Source of the DNA: Lama guanicoe | Lineage: Eukaryota | Length of the DNA: 64,000 bases | Direction: 5' to 3' | Assembly (NCBI GenBank): GCA_013239625.1 | Contig: MU053216.1 | Span: forward strand, 2,322,943-2,386,942 | Shown: positions 1-12,000 of the stretch, one piece after another | Layout: every line of letters starts with the position of its first letter | Numbering within the stretch: the first letter of the stretch is position 1 | Position numbers and translations under genes: made by a program | The notes under the pieces: model-generated | What the model was told of the DNA's origin: nothing | Databases searched by the model: none | What the model saw: only the letters and a program-made list of their open reading frames with translations

Positions 1-135
1 ACACTAATGATGCTTTGATTAAGAGAATTTCTTTTTCTTTGGATGTAGCTGGTGTTTAGAAAATTTGTTTAACAGCTCGATATTAAAATTACATTTTATT
101 AATTGGAGCTGGGATTTGATTTCTTGCATGTTAAA

Positions 136-1755
136 TGTGGTAGCTCCTGGAAACATCACTTAGACCATTGCTGGTTTACTGCACAGGTTGGTTAAGGTCA
201 AGGAGACCAAATCCCAGCTTAGCTTTCAGAGATGACAGATCATGTCTGTTCTGATCAGGGAAGCACCATGGGTATAAAGGAGTCCTCTCTCTGGGCTCAC
301 ACCACTTTGCTATTTTAAGATCTTCAATATTTTATGTATTGTGCATTTGTCAGATGGGGAGATGCTTTCCCCCGCTGAAAAGGCATTTTTACTGAGGAAG
401 CTGTAGTCAAAAATAAGAGCTTATGTTCCAGTTAGTAAGCGTTGACCAAAACTGTAAACATACAAGGCCTATTTATGCAAGGGAAATAACCTAAACATAG
501 CTGTAACCCATGAATTAGTTTTTCACCTTGATTTTTGCCTTTATAGTGTATTTTTTCTTAAAAACAGAATGATCTTGAAATTAAATATATATATAATAAT
601 TCTTTCAAGTAAAAAAATCAGTATTTAAGGCTATTTTTAATTCTGTAGCTTTCTGTGTTTAATCGCACAATTTTCTAATTGTGCCTTCCATAGAAGTGTC
701 ACTCCGATTTCTCATGCCACCCCAAGGTGCGAGTTCAGGCCGGGGAATTTGGCTGAAAGACTAGTCATGATAAAAAGACAAGTGAGGGAAAAGAACAAGC
801 TGAGCTTTCTCTGTCACATCATCTCCCTCTTCGGGCGAAAGCCCCTAGAACAGAAGGGCCGGGCTCCTGGCCCCGCCTGCCGCCCCGGCCCCTTCGCGTT
901 CTCTGTTCTCTGGGGCGGGAGGCCGGCACGGCAGCAACGGTGGCTCAGGAGCCCGCTCGCTCGCCCCAGGGCCGGGAGGCCGGCCGGCTGCTTCCCCTGG
1001 CGTAGCCCCTCGAGGAGACCACGGCCCCAGCGGCAGTGCTGCCCCTAAGTACCTGTGTGGCTGGCTTGCGGCCCTGCTTAGGGACCTGGGTTTCGTCTCC
1101 CTGTAGTTTGACCACTAGTGCGCGCGGGGATTCTGATTCTGGTATCTCCATGCTCCAGTTAGATGTGTCTTTTCAAGTAAACGCAGTGCCTGGCCGAACC
1201 GCTCTCTGCTTCACCGCTGGCAAGAGCTGGCTTCTTACCCAAGTCCGTCTCACCCCGTTCCTCGTGATCCATCACAGCGGTTGCTCTTAGCCTTCATCAC
1301 TCACATTTTACGATGACCTTGTCTAGTGATGAAATAGGATGTACAAACCAGCGTGGCCTCCCTATTCTGTACGTGTTCAGCGGTGGTTTTTTGGCCACAA
1401 GGGGCATTTTTTAATATTTATTGCTATCAGATTGCCTCATATTAGGTTTGACTCACCATCAGTCTACCCTGATGGCAACGTATTAATCTGGTATATAACA
1501 TACTCCATTCCATTTATAACGTATTTTGGAGATTTTAAAGGGGAGACTCGAAGTGCAGTTTTATTATCATCTTCCCAATCTTAGACTTAAATTTTTTCTA
1601 TCAAAGTGTGTTCATTTTTTTTGGTATAAAAATAATTTTATTTGACAGAGGAGTTAGAAGCAATAGATTAAGAAATTCAGGTTTTCTTTGTATCATCTCT
1701 TGTCAGTGACAAACAGCAACCATGTCTTTTTTGGCATTAGCATACATTTATTTTC
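136..1755 (+). pseudogene. CTLD remnant 1
   Basis: CGSSWKHHLDHCWF at 136-177; same frame continues through stops to VCSDQGS (C at 247); YPDG near 1465; LCIISCQ*QTAT...PC...TFI near 1690-1755. Confidence 0.6.
830..1130. promoter_or_regulatory. Small CpG island / GC-rich patch
   Basis: Dense CpG and GC-box-like motifs (ccccgcc, ccgcccc, ggggcggg) in AT-rich surroundings. Confidence 0.5.
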
Positions 1756-1829
1756 TTTATAGAACTTCATCATTAACTATAGTTTTTTCTTATTTGCTTG
1801 CTTGTTTATTGCCTTTATTCCCTAGTAAA

Positions 1830-2620
1830 GTGTAGTGTATGGGAGTTAAAATTTTTCATCAAGACAAAGGATTTTGAAAATTTTGATTTTTTTCCAAAAG
1901 GAGGCTATCCAGGTATTTTTGAATCTCCACAACATCATATTTATTTGTCAAGTTTGCGTATCGCATCCAGAAAATGCCCTTCATTTTTTTGTAGCAGGCT
2001 TTGTAGTATATGCCTGAAGTATATTAGTCCTGTTTCTCTTTCCTTTTTTTATTTCTCATAAATGCCAAGTAGATAAACCCACCCTTGGATTCATGGGTTT
2101 CAACTGCAAACTCATAATTTCTTTAATTGGGCTACTACAGTGTTTCACCTACATTAATTATGCCTGTTTGAATTAGGTTACACTCCTACCATTTCATGTT
2201 GACCAGGAGTCTAATCACATCAGATTACAAGGAGTCCTCTGAAGCTTATTATTGTGCTGAACTAAAGCCTCAATTTATTTTAATTAACTTGCTGATTCAC
2301 ATTATCAACTTATTACTCATAACATACATGCTAGCCTACAGACAGTACTGTCTCCAAGCTAACACCTCCTGAAACTGTGTCTTATTTTTTGCATAATTTT
2401 TTTCATACTCCAGTGTGTGTGTGCTTATCTGGGAACTTTTCTTCTCCATCTTCCCCTCTGCTAAAAACTTTGATGGAGGAAAGTGAAAAATAATGCTAAT
2501 AAAATGTAAAATATCATCTCATCATAGCATTCTTTGTGCTTCATTAACTTAAAGCTGAATCCGCCCGTCATTATGTGGAAAACCATGAGGGTCTCAGTTA
2601 TGTGCACTCATTTTTATTGT
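1830..2620 (+). pseudogene. CTLD remnant 2
   Basis: GGYPGIFESPQHHIYLS 1900-1950; WIHGFQLQTHNFFNW 2086-2130; FTYINY 2144-2161 after a frameshift; AG acceptor at 2526-2527 then HSLCFINLKLNPPVIMWKTMRVSVMCTHFYC 2528-2620. Confidence 0.6.
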
Positions 2621-2884
2621 TTTTTCCTGTCCCCTTGCTGGTGTCTGCCACTTCGGAGGCCACTTGAGTTCTGTTCTTCACCACTACTACCACAGTGGGT
2701 GTCCCTGTGACAACCATGATGACACTGCCAAGGCCGCTCTTTCCTGGGACAGGTGGTTAAGGCACCTTGACAGCTGCCTTCACTGGCGTTCTGTGGAGGT
2801 GCATAATGCCCTCGAAATTCATCAAGTGCTTTTTGTATCAATAGTAATCCACTGGGTAGATCTCTGTCTTTGAGTTGGTGTAAT

Positions 2885-4925
2885 GTGATTACATTTACGT
2901 TTGATGTAATTATTCACGTGTTAGGGGTTAAGCCTGACATTTTAGTTTCTTGTTTGCTGTTTGTTCCCTCTGTTTTTCACTTCTCTATTTTTTGTTTCCT
3001 ATGGATTACTTGGACAATTTTTAGACTTCCATTTTGATTTACTTATTGTGGCTTTTAAGAGTGTATCTCTTTGTATGGATTTTTTAAAGTGATTGTTCTG
3101 GATATATTACAGTACATATATGCAGTTTATCACATTCTGCTTGTTAGTGTTGATATCTTACCCAGTTCAAGTAAAGTATAGTAACTTTACCTCCCTTAGG
3201 CCCCTTTAAATTCTCCTGACTACAATAAGATTGTCTTAAACATCTTCTCTACATAGGTTGAAAATTACTTCAGGCAGTGTCATATTTTTGCTTCAAACAT
3301 CAAATATAATTTAGAAAACTAAGAAAAGAAGGAAAATCTATTGCATTTTCCCATATTTTTACTTTTTCTGTTGCTCTGATGTTTCAAGATTAAAAAAAAA
3401 ATCTTTGTTCCAAGAACTTCCTTTAGAAATTTTTCATTTTTCAGCACAGCACTCCTGGCAACAAATTCTGCTAGTTTTCCTTCTGAGAATGTCTTGATTT
3501 CTCTTCATTCCTAAAGGATATTTTCACTGGATACCGGATGCTGGTTGACAGTATTTTTCTTTCAGCACTTGAAAAATGTACCATTTTCTTCTGGTCTTCA
3601 TGAATTCTGATGAGAAATTTACTGTTATTCAAATTGTTTTTACCTTATAGCTAAGGTATAGTTTCTTTTGCTGCTTTCAAGATTTTTTTCTTTCTCTTTT
3701 GTTTTCAGAAGTAATATTATGGTGAGTCTTGGTACAGCTTGAGGGGTTTGTCTTGTGTAGGTTCCATTGTGCTTCCTGAATCTGTAGTTTATATTTTTTG
3801 ATAAATTTGATACATTTGCAGCCATTATTTTTTTAAGTACTGTTTTCAGTCCCCCTTTCTTTCTCCTTTCCTCTGGGACTCTACCCTAATGACACAGATG
3901 TTCAGTCTCTGCTGCAGCCCCACACAGCTCTGAGGTTCTGTTCAGTTTGGCAGTGCGATTACCTTTTCTCATTCAAGTTGAGATTTTCCTGGTTCTTGGT
4001 ATGACAAGCAATTTTCTGTGTATTCTGGACATTTGGGGTATTACGCAATGAGTGTCTGGGTCATATTTAAACCTTCTATGTCTTCTATTTTGGCAGGTCT
4101 CCTCTGACACTGCCCTGGTGAAGGAAGTGTGGCATTAGCTCATTACTGCCAGGTTTGCCACCGGGCCCTCACCAATACCCCAAGGAGGAGAGGTGCCTTG
4201 CTCCCGCTTCCCACGTGGTCTCTACTGATACAAGGATGGGGAAGCAGTCCTCGTTATTGCCGGGAGGCTGTGAAAGTCCTCGAGTCCGACTTATCCTCTG
4301 CTGACACTAATTTAGAAGGGAGGGAGTCGGGTGTATCATTATTCCTATGTCAGAGTGTCAGTCCAGCCTCCACACGTGATCTCCGCTGTGACCCCGCCTA
4401 GGGGCACGGATGGTACTTCGGGATGGGAATAACATTTCCAGATCTTTGCTACTCAGCCTCCTCTGACTCCACCACGGTGGGGGAATTGGGACACCTTGTG
4501 ACAGTCTGAGGATGGTGGAGTCCAGGCTCCCGTCTTTGCCTCTGCTGGCAGAGTTGGGGTGAGGCTGCAGGACTGTTTGTCTTGATGTCTGACTGGAGTC
4601 GGGCTGTTATTGTCAAGTGTTTGGTTTTGCTGGGCTCCTTTCCTGGCCCCTGGGCCAGAGGGAGCAGGCTTCCCTTGGGACACCTTTGCCTGTGTCTGGT
4701 GGCATTCCTGGGTTTCTAAATTCTCTAGCACCCAATCCAGGATATAAGAGACTATAAGAAAATGAGGAAACACCACCATGTCATCCCTTGGTTCCCATGG
4801 TCCCTAATCAGTCTTCCCCCCACTTACAGAGCCTTCCTATGTTTCTTTTATACACAGCGTCCAAGAGTTTCTAGCTGTACTTAGAGGAACAGGGAGGGAG
4901 AACTATGTCTATTCCAGTTTTGACA
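2885..4925 (-). mobile_element. Old L1, 5' part (5'UTR, ORF1, spacer)
   Basis: ORF 3640-3825(-) MAANVSNLSKNINYRF...PRLTIILLLKTKEKEKNL resembles L1 ORF1p. Confidence 0.8.
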
Positions 4926-4930
4926 TTTAG

Positions 4931-5055
4931 CTTTCTCCTTTCCTCTGGGACTCTACCCTAATGACACAGATGTTCAGTCTCTGCTGCAGCCCCACACAGC
5001 TCTGAGGTTCTGTTCAGTTTGGCAGTGCGATTACCTTTTCTCATTCAAGTTGAGA
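4931..5055 (+). repeat. Perfect 125-bp direct copy of 3859-3983
   Basis: Base-by-base identity from ctttctcctttcctctggg to ttcaagttgaga. Confidence 0.95.
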
Positions 5056-5516
5056 GTCACAAATTGACCTTCGCATCTTCAGTCTAAACATTTGGTTCCA
5101 GGTTTGGAAAGTAGTATTGCTAAAGCAACAGATGCTCCTTTAGTAACAATAAAGTGAAAGTCCCATTACTCACAATGCTGAAATCGAGACACTATTAACC
5201 CACTCTATTCCTATATGCACTAAGGGCGTTACACTACCCTTAAAAATTCATAATGAGAAACTGTTTTTAAGCAAATAGTTATAGATAAAAGTGAAAAGGG
5301 GATGTAAGTCATACTCATTTCCCATGAGATTTCAAAATAGAAAGTTTTTGAAAAAAATTTTTTGTTTACAAAAATGTGCAAGATTTGGCTTTCGAAATGA
5401 AAACAATGTTCTATTTCACCACCATAACTGTTCAGGAAAGTTTCGTATGATTTGCATCATCTAATTGTGTATAGTATTATTACTTTTCAACAGACAAGTT
5501 TTTTCCTACTGTGATA

Positions 5517-6063
5517 CAGTGCTTCCAATTATTTTACCTATATGTGAATTTTTATTTCTAAATCTAAGTTACTGCATCTTCTGGGAAAGAATTCTGTCCC
5601 ACAGGTGGTGCTCAATAAATGCTGTAAACTAAATGAGCCTGAAAAAGCAACATGAAATTTTCATTTTTTTCTTGATCGTAGATGATTTACTTCAGGTCCT
5701 GGAACACAGAATTTAAGAGATGGAAAGAATCTAAGTGCTTTTTCACACCGATTAGCCATCTTGAATCCATGGCCAGCAGAGATGACAGAGAACAAACGTT
5801 GAAACAGTGAGGTTGAGGTCACAGTATAAATATATCCTAAGAAAGGTAAACTTTACAGGCCAATCTAGGACTGAGGGCAGGCGTCTCATTTAAAAAGATG
5901 AGAGCTTAGCAGTCAGTAATGAAAAGAGTGATACGAGAGAAAATTTATAATCTAGGGTATTAATTTGTGATTCATAAGAAGCTTTGCAAAGACAATCTTC
6001 AGAACTTTGAATGAGTTGTTTCTACCCTGTTCTGAAATAAAAAATTTTCCTTCTTTTTTTGTG
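5517..6063 (+). pseudogene. CTLD remnant 4
   Basis: QCFQLF at 5517 and EFCPTGG 5589-5609 in one frame; FKRWKES near 5715; PCSEIKNFPSFF 6025-6060 followed by a gtatgt donor-like site. Confidence 0.5.
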
Positions 6064-6266
6064 GTATGTGCCGATAAGTCAGAAACGTCTGTAGCAAAAC
6101 AAACTTTATTTCCTTTTTGTTTGTACAGGTTTTTGCACATGTTAAATACAAATATTTCTGTTCAGAAAATAATAGCACACATTTCACGTTGGAAAAAAAA
6201 TCCAATAACTTGTAGTCTTACTGTTTTGTCTGTATTAATATATCAAGAGGTTCCAGATCCAAAAAT

Positions 6267-8112
6267 ACAAACTGCCGAGAATACAGCTATAACCAGCCCC
6301 ATCTCTGAGACTGCTGTAGCTGTATTTGTAGGAAGGACTAAGCTTGTCATGGGAAGAAATGCATTGTAAGAGAGAGAAATGCAGCTGGATCCGAGGTCAG
6401 ATGGAAAGATACTGAGATGATCGAAGCCTGATCGCTCAGATTCAGTGTGGACCTTTTTGTCTCTTCTATGCATCACCCACAACTCCAGACCTGAGCCAGT
6501 GCCCTGAAGAGAAGCAGTGGCCCTGTGAACACCGCCACCGTTAGGAGGGCTCTGAGCAAGGAGCTGCTGCTCTGTGGAGGGGCACCTCCTCGGGGCCAGG
6601 CCTGGGTCCCTGCAGGGAGTGGCCTGGGAGCCTTGCAACCACCCCTGGGGGGCAGATCGGAGCTTGACAAAGGGAAAGTCGCTGGAGGCCTTCCCGGCCT
6701 CTATCTGAGACATCCTTTGGATCTCCTCACCATCCTAGTGGACCGGAACACGGGCTAGAAATGTCTAGGGGGTAGCAATTCTGAAATGTGAGCTGAGCCG
6801 ATGAGAACAGTTTGTTTCCATTGCAATGACTTTTATATATTCTCTAGATTGATGCAGTCTGGAAAGACACCAATTACTTTAGAAACCTAACTTATTTTTA
6901 GAATTCATACTCCTTTTGAACTCATTTATAGCACACATTTGAAACTTTGTTGTACTAGTTTATAGCCACCTCTTGCCACTGACCAAATAAAAAATAGTTT
7001 GATCAACCACTCTTTCCAGAAGACTTGGTTCCAGGGACTTCTGCCAATCTACAAATATTTGCTGCCGTGTTTCAAAATACAGCTCAGTGTTTTGAGCTAT
7101 TATTATTTACAGTGATAAATGGGAGTTATTTTATTTTTATTTTAAAAACCTGAAATATTTTTGTTCTGTTTTAAGCCTGGTTGTTTCTACTGGAGGTCTC
7201 AAGAGTACCCCTTTGCTGCTGCTAAAAAAGCTTCCACACCTTAGTTCTGCCATTAAGTGGCTCCATGACCTTGGGCAAGTGAGTCATGGAGCCTCTGATG
7301 GTTAAGCCCCTGGGCTGTGGCCTTCCCAGGGCTTTCTTCTCTTTTGTGCCCCCTCCAACCCACCCCTTAGTGAGACAGGAAGGCTACAGGGGCTGAAGGT
7401 GCCTTCTTGCTGAAGTGAGGTAAGACTTGGGTGAAGCTTTTCATCCGAGAGTGGACCTTTGCTATGAAGTAGCACTGGTCATACTTCAAAATGGTTACTT
7501 TTCCCATCTTCTTACCAAAGACAGGAACAGATTTCTGTTGGTTCCTCAAACCTGATAGTCTTTTCTGGAGGTAAAATCTGCAAAAGTATTGGGAATCCCT
7601 CCAAATTACAGCCCCGAGGAGTTTTCACTCTCAAGGAAGTCCTCACTCAGACTCCAGCAATTCATCCAAATTACAATTTCACTGTCAATTCACCTTTAAA
7701 CCTCGGGCTCCAGCAACTGAGCTGAACTCGGCTGTGCTTCTCCGTTATCTGCCTGCTTCTGTGGATTTTTGCATGCTCGTTTGCCCTGCAATCTCAAGAA
7801 AATTCTTGGTTTTTTCCTTCCAATTTGTTAAAATCTTTTCTTGCTGTAAGATCTGGAATAACAATTTCCAAGCTCTCTGTACGTTGGAGCTGAAAGTACC
7901 ATTGTTTTTAAACAAAAAATTGGCGTTAACTGCACTATGACTTGTCTCATGTTCGTTTATGAGTTGTACTCCTAACAGCTACCTTAATGGAGGCAGAAGT
8001 GGTTAATGTACGTAGTAAAATTGCTTTATGCACTTCCGATAGTGTTTCTTGGCAACATTAGCATGTGTAACTCACAGAAATGGTTCTCACACCTCCAGAG
8101 ATGGTATCTGTG
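6267..8112 (+). pseudogene. CTLD remnant 5
   Basis: NC...DC near 6270-6315; LSWEEMHCKRE 6344-6376; DSVWT near 6440; KWF...GIC followed by gtatga near 8078-8117. Confidence 0.45.
7300..7900 (-). mobile_element. Old L1M 5'-end fragment, preceded by a short MIR piece at ~7235-7295
   Basis: Resembles the L1 5' end at 24850-25515. Confidence 0.55.
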
Positions 8113-8259
8113 GTATGAAATTTCAGTAACTCTCAGAGGGCTGGGGACAAGGGATTTTTTTTTTTTTCTGTATTGGGAGACTAGGGAAAGAAATCTAAAC
8201 TGTGCAGACTGACGTGACACGTTTCCCTCAGTCACTGATACATGTAAACGCATTTTGAC

Positions 8260-9010
8260 CCAAACACTGAGCACCGCGTACGTCGGCTTCAATCCAGGCG
8301 GCCTGAAAGGCGCCGCCAAGACGCGCCCAGGCTGCTCGCGTTTCTTCCCGTCCTGCTTGTCAGAAAGGAAGTTAGGAGCCAGAGGTGAGCGATCCAAGGA
8401 GCATACGCTGGCCACACCCTGTGTCGCCTTTCTGCCCTGCTAGGAACTTCACACATTTTCTCAGCTTCCAGAGAAGACCCGCAGAGCCATCTGGCAGCGA
8501 GACTTCTGCGGCGGGTCAGGCGAGGCTCTCTGTGACCTCTGTGCCCGGCGAAACAGTCGTAGCTGGTGAAAATTACTTTAAAAGCCAGCTACTTAAAGTC
8601 TCCAGGGGCTGTCATGAGGACATAAGCCAACGGAGAAACACTTCCGGAAGAGAAGCTTCGAGTCTGAGCGCCGCTGTGAACGCACGCAGCACGCGGGCTC
8701 GCCTCCCGCCCAGCGCCGCGCGCCGGGGGCGCGGCTCGGGGCGGGCCGGGGCGCGGCGGCCTGCTTCACCCCTGGCGCCCAGCCTCGGGCAGCGCGTTCC
8801 TCCCGCGGGAGGCGAGGCCCCGGAATTCTCGTCGCCGCAGCTCCGAGCTGCAGAAGCCCTGTTCCAGGCAGACGAGGTGGAGAGCTCCTTTCTTCCACCC
8901 AAACCCACCCACAGGGTGAAAGCGCAACTCCAGGCATGAGGGACAGAAGCCGGGGCTGGCGGTGCCCACCCCAGCTCCCCCCGAGGAACGATGCCAGAGG
9001 CCGCCCGAAG
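8260..9010. promoter_or_regulatory. CpG island overlapping an L1 5'UTR
   Basis: Very high CpG density; GC box GGGGCGGG 8738-8745. Confidence 0.7.
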
Positions 9011-12000
9011 TGAGGGAGCCAGACCTCACTGACCGGGTCCAGCTGAATCACCACACCAGAAAACAAACAAAAACTCACGGTGCTGGGGAAGTCAGCATCC
9101 AGAGTTGGCTGCAATATATTATCTAAAATGTCCACTTTTTACCCCGAAATATGAAGTACCCAAAGAAAGTTTAAACAATACACAAGAAGAAAAATTAGAT
9201 ACAGAAACTGCCTTCGAAATGGCCTAGACAGTGGGTTTAGAAGATTAAGACTACAAAGCAGCTGCTACAAACATGTCAGAAAAACTAAAGGAAACTATGA
9301 TTAAAGAATTTTAAAAAGAGGTAGGAATGACAGAGTCTCATCAAGTGGGGACTGTTGAAGAGAGGTAGAAATTATGAGAAAGAACCAAGTGGAAGGTCTG
9401 GCACTGAAAAGTGTAACAATCAAAATGAAATACTGACAAGAGGGGATGAAGAATAGATTTGAGCTGGTGGAAGAAAGAATCAGTGAACTTGGAAATACAC
9501 AAAGATACAATCTGAAGAACAGAGGACAAAAAGAATGAAGGAAAATGAAGAAAGCTTCTGAGATTACATATGCCAACATTTGCATCATAGGTGTATCTGG
9601 AAGAAAGGAGAGAAAAAGAAGAGTATTTTTTAAATGGCTGAACATTTCCTAAATTTGATGAAGAGCATTAATCTACACATCTTAATTGCTCAACAAACTT
9701 AGATAAAAGCACAAAGATCCATACCCAGACACATCACAATCAAATGTTGAAAACCAAAAAGAAACAGAAAAACCTTGAACACAGCAAAAGAAAAATGACT
9801 CTCCACATACAGGGGAACCCCAATATGATTAAAAGCCGAATTTTCATCAGAAACAATGGCTTCCAAAAGACAAGTGCTATTCAACATGTTGAAAGAAAAA
9901 AAAAGCTGCCTACCAAGAACCTTATATCCACTAAAGCTATCTTTCAGAAATGAAGGCAAAACACATACCCATATGAATAACAGCTGAGAGAATGCATTGA
10001 TAGCAGGCTGTCTTATAAGAAACACCAAGGAAAATTCTTCAGGCAAAAAGCAAGTGACCTAGATAGCATTTCAAATCCATGTGACCAAACAAAGAGACTA
10101 GTAAAGATAGGTATATAATTAGAAAAGACAGTTTAATGGCATATTTCTTTTCTCTTCTTCACTGATTTTAAAGCAAATGCATGAAGCAATTTCTACATAA
10201 TTGTACTGTTGGGTCTTTATCATACAGAAATGTAATGTATGTGTAATACAAGATACAACAGCACAAAGGGGGTCGGTGGAGCAAAGCTGCATTGGAGTGA
10301 GGAAGTGACACCAGATGGTAACTCAAACAGGAAGAAATGCAAGCAAGGTTAATACAACAAACTCTATAAAAATATACTTGCTCTCCTTTCTTTTCTTAGT
10401 TTTTTAGGAGACATGAAGTTATGTAAAGTAATAGTGATAACATTGTATTGCTGGGTTGATAGCATATATATAAACATATTATATATAATACTCTTGCTCC
10501 AAAAAAGAGGGGGGAGAAAATGAAGTAGTAAATTTTTGGTATTTCACTTAATTAAGTTAGTATAAATCTGAAGTGGATTCTATTAAGATGTACATTTTAA
10601 GCCCTGGAGCAAACACTAAGAAAATTAAATTTTAAGTTAAAACTATTAAAGGAATTAAAATGTTACACCAGGAAATGCCCACATAATGTGAAAAGAAACA
10701 GGAAAGGAGGAACAGACAACAAAAAGACATGAGGCATCGGAAGACAAAAAGTAAAGTGGCAGACTTAAGCCCAATCACATCAATAATGACAGTGAGTGTG
10801 AACGTTCTCAACATTCCAGTCAAAAGCCGGGATTGTGAGACTGGATGAAAAACAAGATCCAACCGTACACTGTCTACAGGAGGCACGCTTTAGTTTCAAA
10901 GATAAAAATATGTTGAAAGTACAAGAATGGAAAATTATACACTATGCAAATAGCAGCCCTAAAAGAACTGGGGTGCCTGTACTAATATCAAACAGAATAG
11001 ACTTTAAAGCAAAGAAAATGTTACTAGAGACAGAGAAGGACATTTAATCATGGGGGAAAAGGTCAACCCATCAGGAAGATACACACAATTATATGCATCT
11101 AACAACAGAGTTCCCAAATACATAAAGCAAAACTTGACAAACTGAAGGGGTGAAAGACACAAACAACAACTAGAGACTTTTAAAACCTATTTTCAATAAC
11201 AAATAGAACAACTCTTTAGGACATCAGTAAGAATACAGAAGACTTTAAAAACACTATAAACCAATTAGAATTAACAGACATAGATAGACTATTCCACCCT
11301 GCAGAATGGACATTCTTCTCAAGCACACATGAAACATTACTCAGGATGGACCACATGCTGAGCTTTAAAACAAATGTTAACAAATTTAACAGTATTGCAA
11401 CAGTATTGTGGATTAAAACAATAGAGAAAATGGACCAAATCAAAAGACATTAATTTGAGAATATCAACAAATTGACAAATGATTAGCTAGCATGACCATG
11501 CTAAAAAGAGATCTCAAATTACTAAAATCAGAAATGAAAGAGTGGATATCACTATTGCCTTCACAAAAATTAGTATGATTACAAGGAAAAACCATGAACA
11601 ACTGTATGTCAATAAATGAAATAATTTTGATGAAAAGGCCAAATCCTAGCAAGATATTAACAAACTAAATGAACTTGGTAAGAAATGGAACATTTAAGCA
11701 AATTTATAATTAGTAAAGAAACTGAATTAGAAATTTGAAAACTTCTGTAAGAGAAAGTCCAGTTCCAGATGGCTTCACAGGTAATTCTACAAAACATTAA
11801 AAAAAAAATTACCAATTCTTCATAGCTCCTCTGAAAAACAGGAGAAGGGAGAGCACTTCCAAACTCACTCTTTGAGGCCGACATTAATCTGACACCAAAA
11901 CCAGACAAAGACAACTCATGAAAATAAAACTACATATCAATAGCCCTTATGATTATTGACACAGAAATTCTCAATGAAAATTTGCAAACTGAATCTAGCA

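Larger units (their letters stand above)
2680..5455 (+). pseudogene. Thr-rich linker plus CTLD remnant 3, interrupted by an old L1
   Basis: TTTTTVGVPVTTMMT 2680-2724; WDRWLRHLDSCLHW 2745-2786; SSAFC (C at 2834); after the L1, KCARFGFRNENNVLFHHHNCSGKFRMIC 5372-5455. Confidence 0.6.

Noticed and set aside
2646..2680. CHFGGHLSSV, a CTLD-like GGHL motif
   Set aside because: Out of order relative to the flanking motifs, and the Thr-rich frame fits better; a reminder that single motif matches can arise by chance
5680..6760. Minus-strand exon-like readings (GYIYTVTSTSLFQ..., ORF 6243-6713; also 40470-41450)
   Set aside because: No recognisable family; the same bases are better explained by + strand CTLD remnants
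8385..9135. Long overlapping ORFs of 180-184 aa (similar ones at 31820-32366, 54548-55259, 57974-58486)
   Set aside because: Mostly GC-rich, stop-poor sequence with low-complexity translations and no recognisable intact protein
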